From the NCBI RefSeq assembly GCF_006345805.1, contig NC_042999.1, forward strand, positions 130,262,001-130,326,000: a DNA stretch of 64,000 nucleotides, given 5' to 3'. The stretch comes from Octopus sinensis. Taxonomy: Eukaryota. A program made the position numbers and the translations under genes. Of the stretch, positions 62,745-64,000 are shown piece after piece. Under the pieces are notes generated by a model, which saw only the letters and a list, made by a program, of their open reading frames with translations, was not told the DNA's origin and did not search any database. Position 1 is the first letter of the stretch, and every line of letters begins with the position of its first letter.

Positions 62745-64000
62745 ACGTATTTTTCCAATGTTTTATTTCAGATTAACTTAAATAACACCATATTGAATCT
62801 AATTTCATGAAATTATGTTTTATTTAGAGTAAATTCCATAAAATTAATATGGCATGTGGTCTTCAAGCTTTGCTATTTGACATGTTTTAATTCATTGATG
62901 AAACTATACATTTTGTCTTTTAAGCTAAGATTGAGGGTTTTCTCCTTAAGGCCATCTAGATATAAAAAAGACATATAGTAAGGTAATCAATTATAAAGTA
63001 TTAGTATTAGAAATTTTGCTACAGTAAAATTTTGCATGTAGATCATATAGGTAATTGTGAACCAAAAACAACTTTTATCAATGAAAATTAAAAATATGAT
63101 AAAAAAATCTTTAGTAATAATAAGAATTTCTGATCCAGGCCCTTGTGCAACTTATTAGTATGTTAGGAGTTACTAAAGAAAATGAAAGAAAAAAAAAATC
63201 AAATGTGAAACACTTTTAAAAGTTATAAAAGGATCAATGCTAGTCTTAAAAGAATTAAGTTCATATTTAACTGTGGAACAAGTTTTGCTTGCTTTTGAAT
63301 TTGACCAAGGAGGAGAAAAATAGTACAAGGAACACCAGCTTGAATGTGAAAGTATTATTCCATGCAAGGATAAATAAACTTAAACAGATGAATATATTTG
63401 GAAGAAAGATAATAGTCATTTTGTTATAGAGAACCATACTTCAAAGCAGCTGAATTAATAATAGACCTAATACAATTCCAGATAAGATCTTTAGAAATCG
63501 TTAAACCTAGCAGGTGAAGACTAAAAACTAGAGAAGACTGTAAGACACAGAAGTAGGAGTATCATCAGAGTCCCTGTAACGATTAATGGAAAGAAGTTTA
63601 GTTTTTGTAAGAAGGACAAGAGGAACTTGGCAATTTAAATTGATTAAAACATTAACTGGAGATATGCAATGGGCTGTGTATTTTTAATTCTTGGTAAGAA
63701 TGATAACTCTGGATATGTTTCAGTTGTATTAGACTGTACTTCACTGACATAACAGACCTTAGAATAACTGAAAGAATATAATTTTTACATGAAATTATTC
63801 ACTGATTATGTAATATAATCAACTGATGCTGGAAAATTTCCCAGGGAATACACTTCTTGAAAAGAACTGTCATTAATGCTTAATGAGTTTTTTTTTTCTA
63901 ATTATGGATACATTTTGACTAAAACTCCTTTTGAGCCAACTACATTGTTAGCCTGCACTTAACTATATGTTCTACATAATAGCATCCCTGGAAAAATTTC

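Overview
AT-rich eukaryotic genomic DNA, full of microsatellites and mobile elements; the SINE families look cephalopod/octopus-like (inferred from repeat style, not proven). There are no prokaryotic features or CRISPR arrays. One host gene is supported on the + strand: a Sec14/CRAL-TRIO lipid-binding protein with three coding exons (40804-40948, 59585-59762, 62110-62744; ~318 aa recovered; the upstream coding exon was not found). The rest is a TE mosaic: two near-full-length irritans-type mariners in inverted orientation (one nested in an older mariner), further mariner relics and MITEs, a non-autonomous Helitron, a decayed Penelope-like element (RT + GIY-YIG), CR1, RTE, Tx1 and RNase-H LINE fragments, and three tRNA-SINE families. 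The most striking signal is an 821-bp near-perfect palindrome (408-bp arms, 2 mismatches) inserted into the (TA)n tract of a SINE. Each arm carries an apparently intact type I hammerhead ribozyme with an unusually long stem II. Three more decayed hammerhead motifs mark other probable Penelope-like relics.
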